A stretch of DNA of 64,000 nt from Candidatus Bathyarchaeia archaeon (GCA_050012255.1 JBEKHN010000005.1:1-64000); one strand, 5' to 3'. Positions 1 to 10,514 are shown, counted from the stretch's first letter. Translations and numbers: made by a program. The notes: generated by a model not told the origin, from the letters alone.

Positions 1-2
1 TA

Positions 3-230
3 CTTGAAGGCGAAGCAACATACAAACCAGATCCACTACCAGTAGTCGGCGACACAGCCCAGGACTTTTTAACATTGGATCACGCATTGGAAAGCACCAC
101 AATATCACTGTACCGCCAAATCATCGCCGAAGCACTCAAATGCGGCGACACAACAACAAGACGCATGTTCGAAGACATCATAATCCAAGAAGAAAACCAC
201 TTCTGGACATTCGACGACTTCGTAAGATAA
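3..230 (+). CDS. ferritin/bacterioferritin/DPS-like protein, C-terminal part (5' end outside window)
   Basis: Manual translation LEGEATYKPDPLPVVG...LESTTISLYRQII...GDTTTRRMFEDIIIQEENHFWTFDDFVR*, with the ferritin-like E..Y and GD.TT...EExH pattern. Confidence 0.8.
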   Translation, partial: LEGEATYKPDPLPVVGDTAQDFLTLDHALESTTISLYRQIIAEALKCGDTTTRRMFEDIIIQEENHFWTFDDFVR

Positions 231-611
231 AACAAAAATCTTCTTTTTATATCGAAAATTCTAGGCGCGCGCTAAAAATCACACTCGCGCGCGCTATCGT
301 TATTCTGTAGTTTCTAAATACGATTTGAACGTAATTTGTATTATTGTCAAACATCAATTTCAAAATGCCTATAGGCTTCTTGCAGCATAGCTGTATGGTA
401 GAAGGCGTTGTAATTGCCCAGAGAAAAGCGGAAATCATATTAAACTTTCTTGTGGACCACCGGTTATCGGAAGTTTAACTGTTTTTGCAGTGAACAAGCA
501 TGAGAAACAGACAGTAACTTAGTCTCAGCGCGCGCTGGACGGTGACAGTGAATCAAACAGCAGAGCTTATATCAAGTCATTCGAATAGTGAACATCAAGG
601 TGAAAGACCAA

Positions 612-1115
612 ATGAACAAGACCTTGGAGAACCTGAAAGCAGCGTTTGCAGGCGAGTCTCAGGCAAACAGGCGCTACCTAGCCTTTGCTCAGAAGGCCGA
701 GGAAGAAGGCCGACCGCAGGTCGCCAAACTGTTCAGGGCGGCTGCTGAGGCAGAGACCGTTCACGCGTTGAACCATATGAGGGTCATAGGAGAAGTTAAG
801 ACAACGGCTGAAAACCTGAACGCTGCTGTTGGGGGAGAAACCTTCGAGTTCAAACAAATGTACCCCGAATACCTCAAGATGGCGAAAGAGGAGAAGAATA
901 GTCAAGCGACCTGGAGCTTCAACGTGGCAAACCAAGTTGAACAGGTCCACGCGAAACTCTTCACAAAAGCAGTCAACGCCTTGAAAGCGGGCAATGAACC
1001 GCCAAAAGCCGAATATTACGTTTGCAGCGTCTGCGGAAACACTGTCGAAGATGAACCGCCTGAAAAATGTCCGATCTGTGGAAACCCCAAGTCAAAGTTC
1101 TTTAAAGCAGCTTAG
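612..1115 (+). CDS. rbr: rubrerythrin
   Basis: TLENLKAAFAGESQANRRY, EAETVH, EQVH and C-terminal CSVC/CPIC rubredoxin knuckles. ORF track starts at 588; ATG 612 preferred. Confidence 0.93.
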   Translation: MNKTLENLKAAFAGESQANRRYLAFAQKAEEEGRPQVAKLFRAAAEAETVHALNHMRVIGEVKTTAENLNAAVGGETFEFKQMYPEYLKMAKEEKNSQATWSFNVANQVEQVHAKLFTKAVNALKAGNEPPKAEYYVCSVCGNTVEDEPPEKCPICGNPKSKFFKAA

Positions 1116-1144
1116 AACCGTTCTTTCACGCAGCTTTCTTCTGG

Positions 1145-1486
1145 ATGCCAGAGCCCATGACCATCAAAACACCGAAGGAGTTCTTTGAGAAAGCCTTGCC
1201 GAGCACGTTCGACCCAAGCAAGGCAGGGGGGCTTGAGGCGGTGGTGCAGATGAACGTCACGGGATCCAACGGAGGAGACTGGACGATAATTATCAAAGAC
1301 GGAAAGATGGAAGTAAAGGAGGGAATCCACCCGTCTCCCGAAATCGCGATCAAAATCGTTGACGCGGACTTTGTTGACTTAATCAACCGCAAACAGAGCG
1401 CTCTGACAGCGTTCATGTCTGGAAAAATCCAATTCAAGGGAAGCCTGGCCCTCGGGCTGAGACTCATGGACGCTGGATTCATCTAG
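1145..1486 (+). CDS. SCP2 sterol-carrier-domain protein
   Basis: GGDWTIIIKDG...AFMSGKIQFKGSLALGLRL, typical of SCP2. Confidence 0.85.
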   Translation: MPEPMTIKTPKEFFEKALPSTFDPSKAGGLEAVVQMNVTGSNGGDWTIIIKDGKMEVKEGIHPSPEIAIKIVDADFVDLINRKQSALTAFMSGKIQFKGSLALGLRLMDAGFI

Positions 1487-1534
1487 GATGTCTAAGGCTT
1501 GTCTTCCCTCAAGGTCTGATGCGACAAGAATTGA

Positions 1535-2269
1535 TTGACGATGAATCCTACATACAAGGGCTCCGTTGAATCGCTCAGGGATTTCTGGGAGCGCAGAAGC
1601 GAATCGTTCGAAAAGGACTATGGCATACGCACGGAAGGAATCGTCAAGATAGTCAACGAGATTGCAGAGCTGATTGAGGGCAGGCTGGTCCTCGATATCG
1701 GGTGCGGCCCTGGAATCGCTGGAAAGCTTTTTCCAGGAAACAGCGACACCGTGGGTCTGGACTTCTCCATCTCAATGCTGAGAAGTGCAAAAAATCGCAT
1801 CCGACAACTGGTTCTTGGAGACTCTCTCAACCTTCCATTCGGCAATGAGACTTTTGAAATTGTGACCTGTTTCTTTGTGGCCTCAGACTATTCTCAAAAG
1901 GAAGGCATCTTTTCAGAGGCCTTTCGAGTCCTTCAAGACAAGGGGCTGCTACTGTTCACCGACTACTCATCCGGGGACGCACATTGGAAGCTTAGGAGAA
2001 GAATTCGTCCAGTCATGGACGAAAGCTGCGACATTTACATAGAAGACGAGGAGACGCTTTCGAACAAGCTGGAACTGACAGGGTTCAAGGTTCAAGAAGC
2101 CAAACTCATCCGATTCAACGCCACTTTTGAACTCAGACGGTACGTAAGAACAGAAACGGAATTACAACTGTTGAAAGAAACCGATCCTGACCTTTTCACG
2201 CATGTTCAAGGCCTGACAGAACGCAAAAGAATCGAGCGAGAATTCATCCTCCTGGTCGCCAGAAAATAG
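1535..2269 (+). CDS. class I SAM-dependent methyltransferase
   Basis: VLDIGCGPG motif I, GLDFSISML, GDSLNLPF. Confidence 0.88.
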   Translation: MTMNPTYKGSVESLRDFWERRSESFEKDYGIRTEGIVKIVNEIAELIEGRLVLDIGCGPGIAGKLFPGNSDTVGLDFSISMLRSAKNRIRQLVLGDSLNLPFGNETFEIVTCFFVASDYSQKEGIFSEAFRVLQDKGLLLFTDYSSGDAHWKLRRRIRPVMDESCDIYIEDEETLSNKLELTGFKVQEAKLIRFNATFELRRYVRTETELQLLKETDPDLFTHVQGLTERKRIEREFILLVARK

Positions 2270-2362
2270 CGAACGCTCTCTATTCACGTCTTTGTGACGG
2301 AGGAAGCAACTCGTGCAGTGTAAAAGGCTATTAAAGGAATATAACAAATATCGGACGGGTAT

Positions 2363-2814
2363 ATGATGGATTTCACAATTCCTCACACGATGGAGATGGA
2401 GCACGAGGAGCTGCACAAAGAGCTGAGAAAGGGGACAAGAGGGGGCGGCGAAACAGGAGAAACAGCAAAGAAAGTGGCGAAGATTCTGCTTCCGCATTTT
2501 GTGAAAGAGGAAGATTTTGCCTTGCCGCCGCTTGGGTTGTTGCCTCTGCTTTCAAAAGGCAGGGTAACGTCAGACATGGAGGACATCTTGCTGATGACCG
2601 ACAAGCTGAAGGCAGAGCTTAACCAGATGCTAAAGGAACACAAACAAATACTCACTGCCATCAAAAACTGGTTGCTGCCGCAAAGAAAGAAGGGAAACTG
2701 GAATACCTCCGATTTGCCGAGAGACTTACCCTACACGCGCAGGCTGAAGAAGAATTGTACTATCCTGCTGCGATACTAGTAGGCGAATACGTGCAGCTTA
2801 AACTTAGAAAATAG
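2363..2814 (+). pseudogene. hemerythrin/HHE-domain protein with a 1-nt frameshift at the A5 run 2663-2667
   Basis: EHEELH, HFVKEE, EHKQI in the first frame. The shifted frame continues LVAAAKKEGKLEYLRFAERLTLHAQAEEELYYPAAILVGEY to TAG at 2812-2814. May be a homopolymer sequencing error. Confidence 0.75.
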
Positions 2815-2952
2815 CTTGTCCGCCCAAAGCAGAGCTTTTCGAGACTTGTTTGGCAACGAAGCCCATTCTGACTTCGATGACGGGAGAGGGCCATGGACGT
2901 CCGTGCAGGTTGACGGCGTCTTGATTCGAAGCTTTAAGTTCCCTTTGCTCCT

Positions 2953-3504
2953 TCAGTTACCCTTGATCTTTCTCACATTTGCCTTTTCCAAGGTCAATAT
3001 GATGGGCAGGGTTATCGCAAGCGTTAGCATTCCACCAATCAGGTGCCATCCTCCCCAAAAAGTCAGCGCCCATTGAAGCGTTTGGTTGGGCGTGAATAAC
3101 ACGCCGATCAATACTCCGGCAATATAGGCAGATACGATCGTCGCAATGGCTGCTATTGTCAAGCTGTAGATTGAAATGCGGATTCTGTGTTGATTTGCAA
3201 ACATTAGCAGGTCAAAGATTACCGCTGAAGCGGCAAAACAGATTATAAGCGATGGGCCTCCTAGGAGTATGGCAACCATTGAGCCAATGATGCCGACTAG
3301 CAGCCTTGTGCCGAACCGCCCGGTCGCCCATGTGACGACTAGCAATGGAAAGAAAACTGCAAAATCATGAAGTATTGGAAGCTGCAGCAGTTGAAAACTC
3401 AGGGGTCCCAAAGTCAAGTTTAAGGCCGCGAAAACGGCACAGAAGACACCTGTTAGCGCAACGTCGACTGTTGTAAAGTAGGTCTTGTTGCTCATTTTGT
3501 TCAC
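2953..3504 (-). CDS. ECF-transporter S-component-like membrane protein (candidate Ni/Co uptake)
   Basis: About 5-6 TM helices with a T..DVAL.GVF.A start; divergent from nikR. Confidence 0.6.
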   Translation of the reverse strand: MNKMSNKTYFTTVDVALTGVFCAVFAALNLTLGPLSFQLLQLPILHDFAVFFPLLVVTWATGRFGTRLLVGIIGSMVAILLGGPSLIICFAASAVIFDLLMFANQHRIRISIYSLTIAAIATIVSAYIAGVLIGVLFTPNQTLQWALTFWGGWHLIGGMLTLAITLPIILTLEKANVRKIKGN

Positions 3505-3507
3505 TCA

Positions 3508-3536
3508 GTAACACTTTTTTATACAACGGTAACACT
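3508..3536. promoter_or_regulatory. candidate NikR operator straddling a TATA box
   Basis: GTAACACT at 3508 and 3529, flanking TTTTTTATA (TATAAAAAA on the minus strand), between nikR and the transporter gene. Confidence 0.5.
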
Positions 3537-3588
3537 GGACCTGCATAAAAACTTTATTTGAGGACGCGATAGAACGAGGTGTGAAAGA

Positions 3589-3996
3589 ATGACGAACATA
3601 GTGAGGGTGGGCGTAACGTTTCCCCCAGAGCTGCTCGGCGATTTTGACAAAATCACACGCAGAATGGGCTACAGCAACCGTTCTAAGGCTGTTCAAGACG
3701 CCGTTAGGATGTTCATCTCTGAGAAAGAGTGGCTTCAAAAGGAAAAGGGAGGTCAGGCTGGAGTCCTGATGATGCTTTACGATCATGAAGTCAGAGGCCT
3801 AGAGAGCGTGCTCACAGACGTGCAGCACCATTTTTCGGAGTTAATATGTTCGACAATGCACATTCACCTCAGCGAAAGAGAATGTCTTGAAGCGATAGCT
3901 GTCAAAGGAGATGGCACGGGAATTCGCAAGCTGAGCAATGAACTTGCTGCGAAAAAAGGAGTCAAACTGCTGAGGACCATGGTGGTTTCCATCTAA
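3589..3996 (+). CDS. nikR: nickel-responsive regulator NikR
   Basis: RHH N-terminus RVGVTFP...GYSNRSKAVQDAVR; YDH and HIHL...CLE Ni-site. Confidence 0.95.
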   Translation: MTNIVRVGVTFPPELLGDFDKITRRMGYSNRSKAVQDAVRMFISEKEWLQKEKGGQAGVLMMLYDHEVRGLESVLTDVQHHFSELICSTMHIHLSERECLEAIAVKGDGTGIRKLSNELAAKKGVKLLRTMVVSI

Positions 3997-4365
3997 CACT
4001 TATGCCCCTAATTTCACGCGCGCCTGTTCTAGTCTGGTCTTGGGTGAAGTCGCTTGGCCAAATACGCATCTTCTAGGAGTTCTTGAGTGCATGTGCGCAA
4101 CTGCCCCACCCCGGGTTCAGCATATGTATCAAATATGACCTAAGTATCCTTGTGAGCAACCTCCGACAGCGAATCCGATTTCGCGCGCTCTACTTGGAAT
4201 TCTTTCGCGCGAATGTTTATCCATGTTTGGCCCCTCCGAGATGATGGTGCACCAACAGGATGTTATGCAGCTACTCTTTGAAAATGCTTTTTGCAGGACG
4301 TGCGCGCCGAGGAACAACGATAATAGACGCGTGGTATCGATGTAGATTTGGCAAGGGTTTAGCTT

Positions 4366-4658
4366 TGTCAACCAAAACAAGACTCTTGATACTCGCAGTG
4401 TTGGTTGGGGTCGTGCTCTTCGCAATTTTCTACTACCTAGAAGGAATCAACAATCCCTATATGATTCGATATCCGATTCTGATGGCGACTGTGATTCTGT
4501 TCATAGTGGTGGTGGCGACGTTAGCAGTTGTGATGGGAAAGCGGGTTGGTGTTCCGCTTCCTTCATCCACGCTCTTGAACTACATTCTTAGTATGCACAA
4601 TTCTATCGACTTATTCAGGTTTGATTTTGGGATAAAACTTTACCCCAAACCAACGTGA
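4366..4658 (+). CDS. small two-TM membrane protein (start uncertain)
   Basis: Two hydrophobic segments in ORF 4260..4658; likely TTG start near 4366. Confidence 0.45.
4630..4644 (+). repeat. GGATAAAACTTTACC dispersed repeat, copy 1
   Basis: Exact 15-mer, also at 5770-5784 (reverse strand), 6432-6446 and 16498-16512. Confidence 0.85.
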
Positions 4659-4735
4659 GGACGGTTCGATACTGCCGCTGGAGCAAAGTTGTTAATGGAG
4701 TGAAGGAGAGCTTGAGTGTGTGCCATGCGCTTCAC

Positions 4736-5620
4736 TTATGAACATATACCTATTTTCATCATCTCTCTTGGATGCCTCAGCATTTTTAAGGGACTTTGAA
4801 AGGTCCCTGCCAGACACCCACAATTGGAGCAGTCCGCATTGTTTCCAAAACACCGCCTTCTGTTCCATGAAGCGTCGAAATGTAACACTTCATCGCCCCA
4901 GTAGCATGGACCAGTATGGTCTGGGTATTCATACCATTTTATCATCGCTTTGCTCAAAAGAAAATCTTTTGGGTATAATGTCTTCACTCGTTTCAGTTCT
5001 TTTACTATGGTTTTTCTCTCCTTTATTCCTACAACCAGAGGAACAGTGACATCGGTTCCACCTGTGCATATGTTACAAACGACACCTTTGAAACCGTTCT
5101 CTTTTGCAATTTTTATAACGTCCTCAAGCTCTTTGTAATTATCCCTCGTGATTGTCATATTGACAACAACACGCTTATCCCCTGAAAAGTTCTTCACCAC
5201 TTTTGAGAAAACATGGTCTCCTCTGATTGAATCATTTGTTTTTTGAGACCCATCTATTGAAGCATAGAGCCTATGATTGAATTCTTCTGGTATCTTAATT
5301 GTTCCGTTTGTTATGACATAGACAAAAGGAAATATCCTGTGGGCAAGCATAAGAACATCAATCCTGAGCGCAGGCTCCCCACCAACCAGAAGAATGTTCC
5401 TAATTCCTGACTTGTACAGTTCTTTGAACCTTTGTTCCCATACGTCTATGGATAGCTCTTGTTTGTTAAATTCGTCTTTACCGTGAAAATGATAGCAATG
5501 TTTGCATCTGAGATTACAGTTGTCCGTCACATCAACTTCTGCAAAATACTTCACTCCAAATATGCTTCTCTTTAGCTCAAGCCAAAATAGGTACAACAAT
5601 GCGCGCGCATATTTTTCCAT
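4736..5620 (-). CDS. radical SAM protein
   Basis: CNLRCKHC (CxxxCxxC), GGEP, TNG and a Cys-rich C-terminus; more AT-rich than its flanks. Confidence 0.9.
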   Translation of the reverse strand: MEKYARALLYLFWLELKRSIFGVKYFAEVDVTDNCNLRCKHCYHFHGKDEFNKQELSIDVWEQRFKELYKSGIRNILLVGGEPALRIDVLMLAHRIFPFVYVITNGTIKIPEEFNHRLYASIDGSQKTNDSIRGDHVFSKVVKNFSGDKRVVVNMTITRDNYKELEDVIKIAKENGFKGVVCNICTGGTDVTVPLVVGIKERKTIVKELKRVKTLYPKDFLLSKAMIKWYEYPDHTGPCYWGDEVLHFDASWNRRRCFGNNADCSNCGCLAGTFQSPLKMLRHPREMMKIGICS

Positions 5621-5769
5621 GATAGAATTATTACAAAGAAAGCGTTAATTAAATGCTTCATAGGCTCTAGCGCACGCAACGCTTTGGCAAATCCGAACCG
5701 TCTATACAGTCCTGATAACTACCTTTCCGTAGAAGAAGGTTCATTAGCACGTGAAAGATAGTTCGTTGA

Positions 5770-5784
5770 GGTAAAGTTTTATCC
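5770..5784 (-). repeat. GGATAAAACTTTACC dispersed repeat, copy 2 (inverted)
   Basis: Reads GGTAAAGTTTTATCC on the plus strand. Confidence 0.85.
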
Positions 5785-5820
5785 CCAAACCCAAATTTCA
5801 CTCGACGGTTGTTGATGTTT

Positions 5821-6405
5821 TTACCAATAACCTTTTCCATAATGAAATATCTTTTCACTGTTCATTAGCTGGTTACAGACTTCTTTTGAACAGACTGGTA
5901 TGAACATCGTTCCAGTATCGTATCTTGTTTTCCCGTGGACATCCTCAAAGGATATTTGTCGGTTCATTAACCTAAATCCAATCTTTTCATAGAATTTGTC
6001 AGCCGTTTTCTTAAAGTCCGCGTTGAGACACGCAACGTCGCAACCTTCGTCTTCAAGAATTTGAAGACCTTTCTTCATCAGTCTTGTGCCAATCTTTCTG
6101 CGTCTCAAACTTTCTGACACGCACACTCCATCGAAGCCTCCAAGAATAACATCCTTTCCGTCAAATTCCACATGTCTTTTGATTAACATCAAGTGACCCA
6201 CAAGCCCAGTCTCCTCATAGGCGAGAACCCTAGCAAAACCCTGAGCAATGAAGCATCCATCAATGTCCTCTTGGTAAACATCACTGAAACAGTGCTGTTT
6301 CAATGCTTTCACAGCGGTTTTCTGTTCCAACGTGAGACCATCCTCAGGAATTGTCTTAATGCTGATATGCCCCATTGCCCGTGAAACCATCCTTTGTTCG
6401 CCCAA
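5821..6405 (-). CDS. GNAT acetyltransferase
   Basis: VCVSESLRRRKIGTRLM motif A; KFYEKIGF. Confidence 0.88.
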   Translation of the reverse strand: MGEQRMVSRAMGHISIKTIPEDGLTLEQKTAVKALKQHCFSDVYQEDIDGCFIAQGFARVLAYEETGLVGHLMLIKRHVEFDGKDVILGGFDGVCVSESLRRRKIGTRLMKKGLQILEDEGCDVACLNADFKKTADKFYEKIGFRLMNRQISFEDVHGKTRYDTGTMFIPVCSKEVCNQLMNSEKIFHYGKGYW

Positions 6406-6431
6406 ACTACTGTAGCAGATTCCACCCTTTT

Positions 6432-6446
6432 GGATAAAACTTTACC
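6432..6446 (+). repeat. GGATAAAACTTTACC dispersed repeat, copy 3
   Basis: Exact 15-mer followed by CCCCACACAC, similar to the flank of copy 4. Confidence 0.85.
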
Positions 6447-7055
6447 CCCCACACACGCTCACAAGATGTGCTCAAAACAGATTCCGTTTGATGGAAATAA
6501 GGCAGAATTAGGTTTGGCGGGGTCGCTTAGGTCAAAGCTCACGTTTGAACTCTTAAGCCCTCTCTATTGACATCTTGTCGGTTTGCATCACGCGCGTAGT
6601 CAAGAGTGTAAATCTCTCCAATTGAAAGAATATACAGGTACCTTATGTTTTCAAGGCCCAGTTTTTATCTTTTTGCAGCACAAACTCATCTTTTTCAACG
6701 TTGTCTACTGAAAAAAGCAAAAAATACTTCAAACGGTAAGTATCAATGGATGAGTGTGGTGGATGGTCGTTCTCCCTTCTCCTTTCATCACCATCCTCCT
6801 CATGAAACATGTTCTATTCATACTAAGTCCCAAAGCACTTTGGGAAATCGCAAAGGGCAAGAAATGGATTCCAGGCAGTTCTACGGGTTCTAGCGCGTGC
6901 TTGCTTGTTAATGTTCGCGTTGGGCTCATTATGATTTTCCGATCAAGACGAAGACTGAGAGTTGATGTTTTTGTGGCTGATGGGTTGATGCTTCACCTCT
7001 TGCGCGCGCGCCGTAGTTGAGTGCGTCCTGATCTGGTTCATGAGTTCAGCGTCGC

Positions 7056-9353
7056 TCAAGCTGGCAGTTTGGTTTGTCGCTGTCCTCTAACCTCATCATA
7101 AGTGGTCTTTACGGAATAGCCGAAAGGACTGAGCAGGTTGGCGGCTGACGCGTATAGAAGGAGCAGGTACTTTTTGACGTCTGAGCTCGTGTTCTTCTCT
7201 ATCAACTCTTCAGCAGTAACCCTTCGGTCGTAGCGTTTGTTCTCGGCGCTGGTGAAGAGGAACTTCACGTTTTTTCCAGCGGTAACTTCGACGCCTTCTT
7301 TCATCAGTTGTTTGGCTGCGATGACTTGACTGACCATCTGCTTGTACATCTTCGGGTCCTTGGACAGGTGCTTCGTGATTATCAGGTCCCAGACAGAAAC
7401 GTCTCCTGCAAGGAGCTTCTCTCTGAAGTCTCTTAAAACCTTCAACACGTCAGGGATCTTCTCCAGAAATTCCTTCGAGTTCTTGGCCTCTGCAAGCGCT
7501 TCCAGCATTCTGGTCTGAGCATCTTGCACGAATGGAGGCGTGTCTCTTCTTCTAACCTCCAGGCCTCTGACCTTGATTTTGCCATTCTCCATCACTCCGT
7601 AGTAGCGATTCAAAACGCCGACGTTTGGATGCATCCTAGACGGTAGAAATACGATCCAGTTGTAGCGGCCTTCAAAGCTCAGTGGGATCTTGGTCTCTTC
7701 AGCGATGTGCCTGCAGAGTTCGTGATATTCCTCGTCTGTGGCCCCCTTCTTCTTCAGCCACAGAGAATCAACGATACCATGAATGACCCTGAACCCCTTT
7801 TGTTCGGCCATTCTTGACGCTTTCAAGAAAGCATCTCTGCCGAAAGCACAGACGCCGATGTGTCCGTCTACAGTTCCGAATCTTGCGTTTCTGTAGCCGA
7901 GATAGCCAAAACACGTGACGAGAATCCATTTCAAAGCCGTCTGACGATTATCATAAACCATCCTGAGTCTCTCGTCGTTGGTCTCCGATTTCAGCTTCTT
8001 GTAGAGAAGCCTCTTCGCGATCACAGATTTCAGAGCTTTGGGAACGATTCCAACCCTTTTCTCGCAGATGTTATATCCAAGCTCGGGAATGCGGAGTTTC
8101 GAGTCGGGACAGCATTTGCAGAGAACTGTTTCGGCAGAAATGTTGTTATTAACCATCACAGTCGGGTACATTGAGGCAAAGTCAACTTCGCCAACGTCGT
8201 CGTGAACTCCGACCTCTGGCTCATAAACGAAGCCTCCTCGGTCTCCGACTAGCAGCTCAAGAGTGGATTTGAAGGCTTCTGGGATGCTTTTGTTCCTAGG
8301 AACTAAAACTTCGTCTTTTATGGCTTGGTAGAACTGAATGGACGACATGCTTGAGCCGATTGACGAACGCGCAGCCGTGTGCAACGATACCCTGCAAGTT
8401 CTGGCTATCTCATACAGCCCATCCAGTCCACACTCAGCCAAGATGAACGTGTTCTTCTCGTCAACATGGACCCTGCCGTACAATCGTCTCATCGGAGCGC
8501 GATAATACGTTCGCCCATAGGAAAAGAAGGTTCTCCCCCGAACGTTTCTTGCAACAAGAGGAACCCCGTCTCTGCTCAGAACAAGCTTATCCAAAACCCC
8601 GTTGATGACTGCCCTGCGCACGAGATACGGAAAAAGATAGGAATCTCCACCTTTGGTAACGATGATGTCTGGGTCAAGTTCTGCGACAGTCCGTGCCAGC
8701 CGAAGCAGCATGTCTTTCTCATCACCCGAATCAACGATCACCTTGTCATCGCCTTGGCTCACGACCACCTTGCCGATCGGGTCAGTGATCTTGGCAATCT
8801 TGCCCTGTTTGGCAACCTCAACGTCGACTTTCGAGATGCGCAACGGCGGAACCGCGTAGTCCACGCTTTCAGCGGAATCTAGAAGACAGTACTTCAACTG
8901 GGAATCTTCAGACTCAACCTCGACGAATGCCAGAGGAAAAACGTCGCGATTGTAGAAGTACAGCTGCTCGTGTTTCAAGTCGCAATTGAAAACGTGATAC
9001 TGCAAGTATCTTCCGGCCTTGAGGACTCTCTGAGTAAACGACGGTGAAGCTCGGCAGTCTTTCAGAGTCACTTCCAAGACTTTGGACTGTTCGGAGTCAG
9101 TTGTGTCTGCGTATCTTCGGACAAAATCCCAGGAGACAACGGCCCTATCGTAAATGAATTGACCGGCAAGTCTCTCCAGGCTGTCTTCATTCCCTGAAAC
9201 GTAGATTTTGGGTTTGAAACTGTCCGTAAAGCGTAGGCGTTCTCCGTTTTCAGCTATGACCCAAACCGCGAACTCTCCAAGCGCGGAAGGATATACGTCG
9301 AGTACCCAGCCTTTCACCCGATCAGGGTTGGGCAAGCTTCTGCTTGATTGCAA
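7056..9353 (-). CDS. polB2: family B DNA polymerase, PolB2 group
   Basis: DFASMYP (motif A), KWILVTCFGYLGY (B), degenerate HGIVDSLW (C), no clear exonuclease motifs; operon context. Confidence 0.88.
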   Translation of the reverse strand: MQSSRSLPNPDRVKGWVLDVYPSALGEFAVWVIAENGERLRFTDSFKPKIYVSGNEDSLERLAGQFIYDRAVVSWDFVRRYADTTDSEQSKVLEVTLKDCRASPSFTQRVLKAGRYLQYHVFNCDLKHEQLYFYNRDVFPLAFVEVESEDSQLKYCLLDSAESVDYAVPPLRISKVDVEVAKQGKIAKITDPIGKVVVSQGDDKVIVDSGDEKDMLLRLARTVAELDPDIIVTKGGDSYLFPYLVRRAVINGVLDKLVLSRDGVPLVARNVRGRTFFSYGRTYYRAPMRRLYGRVHVDEKNTFILAECGLDGLYEIARTCRVSLHTAARSSIGSSMSSIQFYQAIKDEVLVPRNKSIPEAFKSTLELLVGDRGGFVYEPEVGVHDDVGEVDFASMYPTVMVNNNISAETVLCKCCPDSKLRIPELGYNICEKRVGIVPKALKSVIAKRLLYKKLKSETNDERLRMVYDNRQTALKWILVTCFGYLGYRNARFGTVDGHIGVCAFGRDAFLKASRMAEQKGFRVIHGIVDSLWLKKKGATDEEYHELCRHIAEETKIPLSFEGRYNWIVFLPSRMHPNVGVLNRYYGVMENGKIKVRGLEVRRRDTPPFVQDAQTRMLEALAEAKNSKEFLEKIPDVLKVLRDFREKLLAGDVSVWDLIITKHLSKDPKMYKQMVSQVIAAKQLMKEGVEVTAGKNVKFLFTSAENKRYDRRVTAEELIEKNTSSDVKKYLLLLYASAANLLSPFGYSVKTTYDEVRGQRQTKLPA

Positions 9354-9594
9354 CGAGCCCCTTCTCCAGACGATTCAGTTTCTTTTGTTGTTCCAGCAGG
9401 ATTGACATGACCATCGGCTCAAAAACCTCAGGTCGTGTCGCATTGCTTCCTGCGGAGGCGTGGTTTCTGCACGCGTCGGTCATCTGTTCAAACGCGCTTC
9501 TGTCATCAGCGCGCAGAGCCTTGACAAACCCGCTCCAGCTCTGAATCTCCGTGTCTAAAGCAAGTCGATAAGACTCAACAGTCTTTCCCATCAT
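9322..9594 (-). CDS. small PolB2-operon protein (arCOG07300-like)
   Basis: MGKTVESYR...W..F.KALR..DR..F; lies between the RadA-like gene and polB2, the known arrangement. Confidence 0.75.
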   Translation of the reverse strand: MMGKTVESYRLALDTEIQSWSGFVKALRADDRSAFEQMTDACRNHASAGSNATRPEVFEPMVMSILLEQQKKLNRLEKGLVAIKQKLAQP

Positions 9595-10325
9595 AGAGCA
9601 CCTCTCTCGAAATCTTTCAACGTCAAGTTTTCAGACTGGAAATCAACAGTCGCCAGCTTGAACATCGAGTGCTTTTGAAGAGTGAACTGTTTGTCGAAGG
9701 GGTACGTCGGTTTCTTGCCTATGGATATCGTGACGTTGGACCTTGCACACAAAACGGCATCGAAGAAAGCACTGCGCCTAGAATAGTAATGTGGCAGGCA
9801 CGTCGCTAATACGATGACGCTCTTTTCTTCAGCAAACTTCGAAAGGTATGCCGTTACTTGAGTGAAGACCTCTCTGCTTTCTTCTGGCGGGACGTCTTTG
9901 TCGAGGTATAGCCCCTGAAAATCCGAAATGATCACGAGTCTAGCATCGTGTCTTGTGACAGCTTCTTCAAGTCTGTCGAGGATTATTGAGGTCATCTGGT
10001 GCGCTGTAAAAGCTCTTGAAATGAAGATTCGCTGCAAAACGTTCCTTGGTTTCAGATGATGAAGTCGGGCCAGTCGAGACACTTTGTAGAGCCTAAACGT
10101 GTTCCCTCCGTCGACGAACACGACACTGGACTCCAGCCCTCCCAACTGGTATGGGAGTTGAGCTCTGACGGCAAGCAGCAACGAGAGCGTCAAGATAGAC
10201 GAGAGGCCGTGAACGACGGCGAAGTCGCCTAACATGAACCCTGGGAACAGGGTGTCTATGTTTTCCATGTTGAATGATAGTAGCGCCTTAGATGAAATCG
10301 GCTTAACCACCGCATTCTGTGCCAA
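9591..10325 (-). CDS. RadA/RecA-fold protein with degenerate Walker A (PolB2-associated)
   Basis: GGLESSVVFVDGGNTF, IFISRAFTAHQ, LVIISD; no GKT/S. Confidence 0.85.
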   Translation of the reverse strand: MAQNAVVKPISSKALLSFNMENIDTLFPGFMLGDFAVVHGLSSILTLSLLLAVRAQLPYQLGGLESSVVFVDGGNTFRLYKVSRLARLHHLKPRNVLQRIFISRAFTAHQMTSIILDRLEEAVTRHDARLVIISDFQGLYLDKDVPPEESREVFTQVTAYLSKFAEEKSVIVLATCLPHYYSRRSAFFDAVLCARSNVTISIGKKPTYPFDKQFTLQKHSMFKLATVDFQSENLTLKDFERGAL

Positions 10326-10514
10326 AATTGCTCACTTCCTCGAGTCAACAGGGATTAAAACATGCGATTCTTCGAGCTTTTAACAGTTAAGTTGAACAGT
10401 AAATCGCCGGGTGTGGAGAGTAAAGTTAAAGTGAAAACCACCATACGCAGCACGGACCACGTGCTTCACGAGTGCTAACAAAGTATAAGTTGCCAATTTG
10501 AAGCATAAGTTGTT

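Noticed and set aside
2663-2667. Programmed frameshift or phase variation in the hemerythrin-like gene
   Set aside because: Only an A5 run with no slippery heptamer; simple mutation or homopolymer error is more likely.
4625-4650. Calling the 15-bp repeat the chromosomal dif site or an integron attC
   Set aside because: It occurs in several copies, the spacer is not 6 bp, and there are no RYYYAAC/GTTRRRY ends.
5601-5608. GCGCGCGC inside the radical SAM ORF start as a breakpoint
   Set aside because: It lies in frame (YARAL) in an apparently intact gene; counted as a copy but not used as junction evidence.
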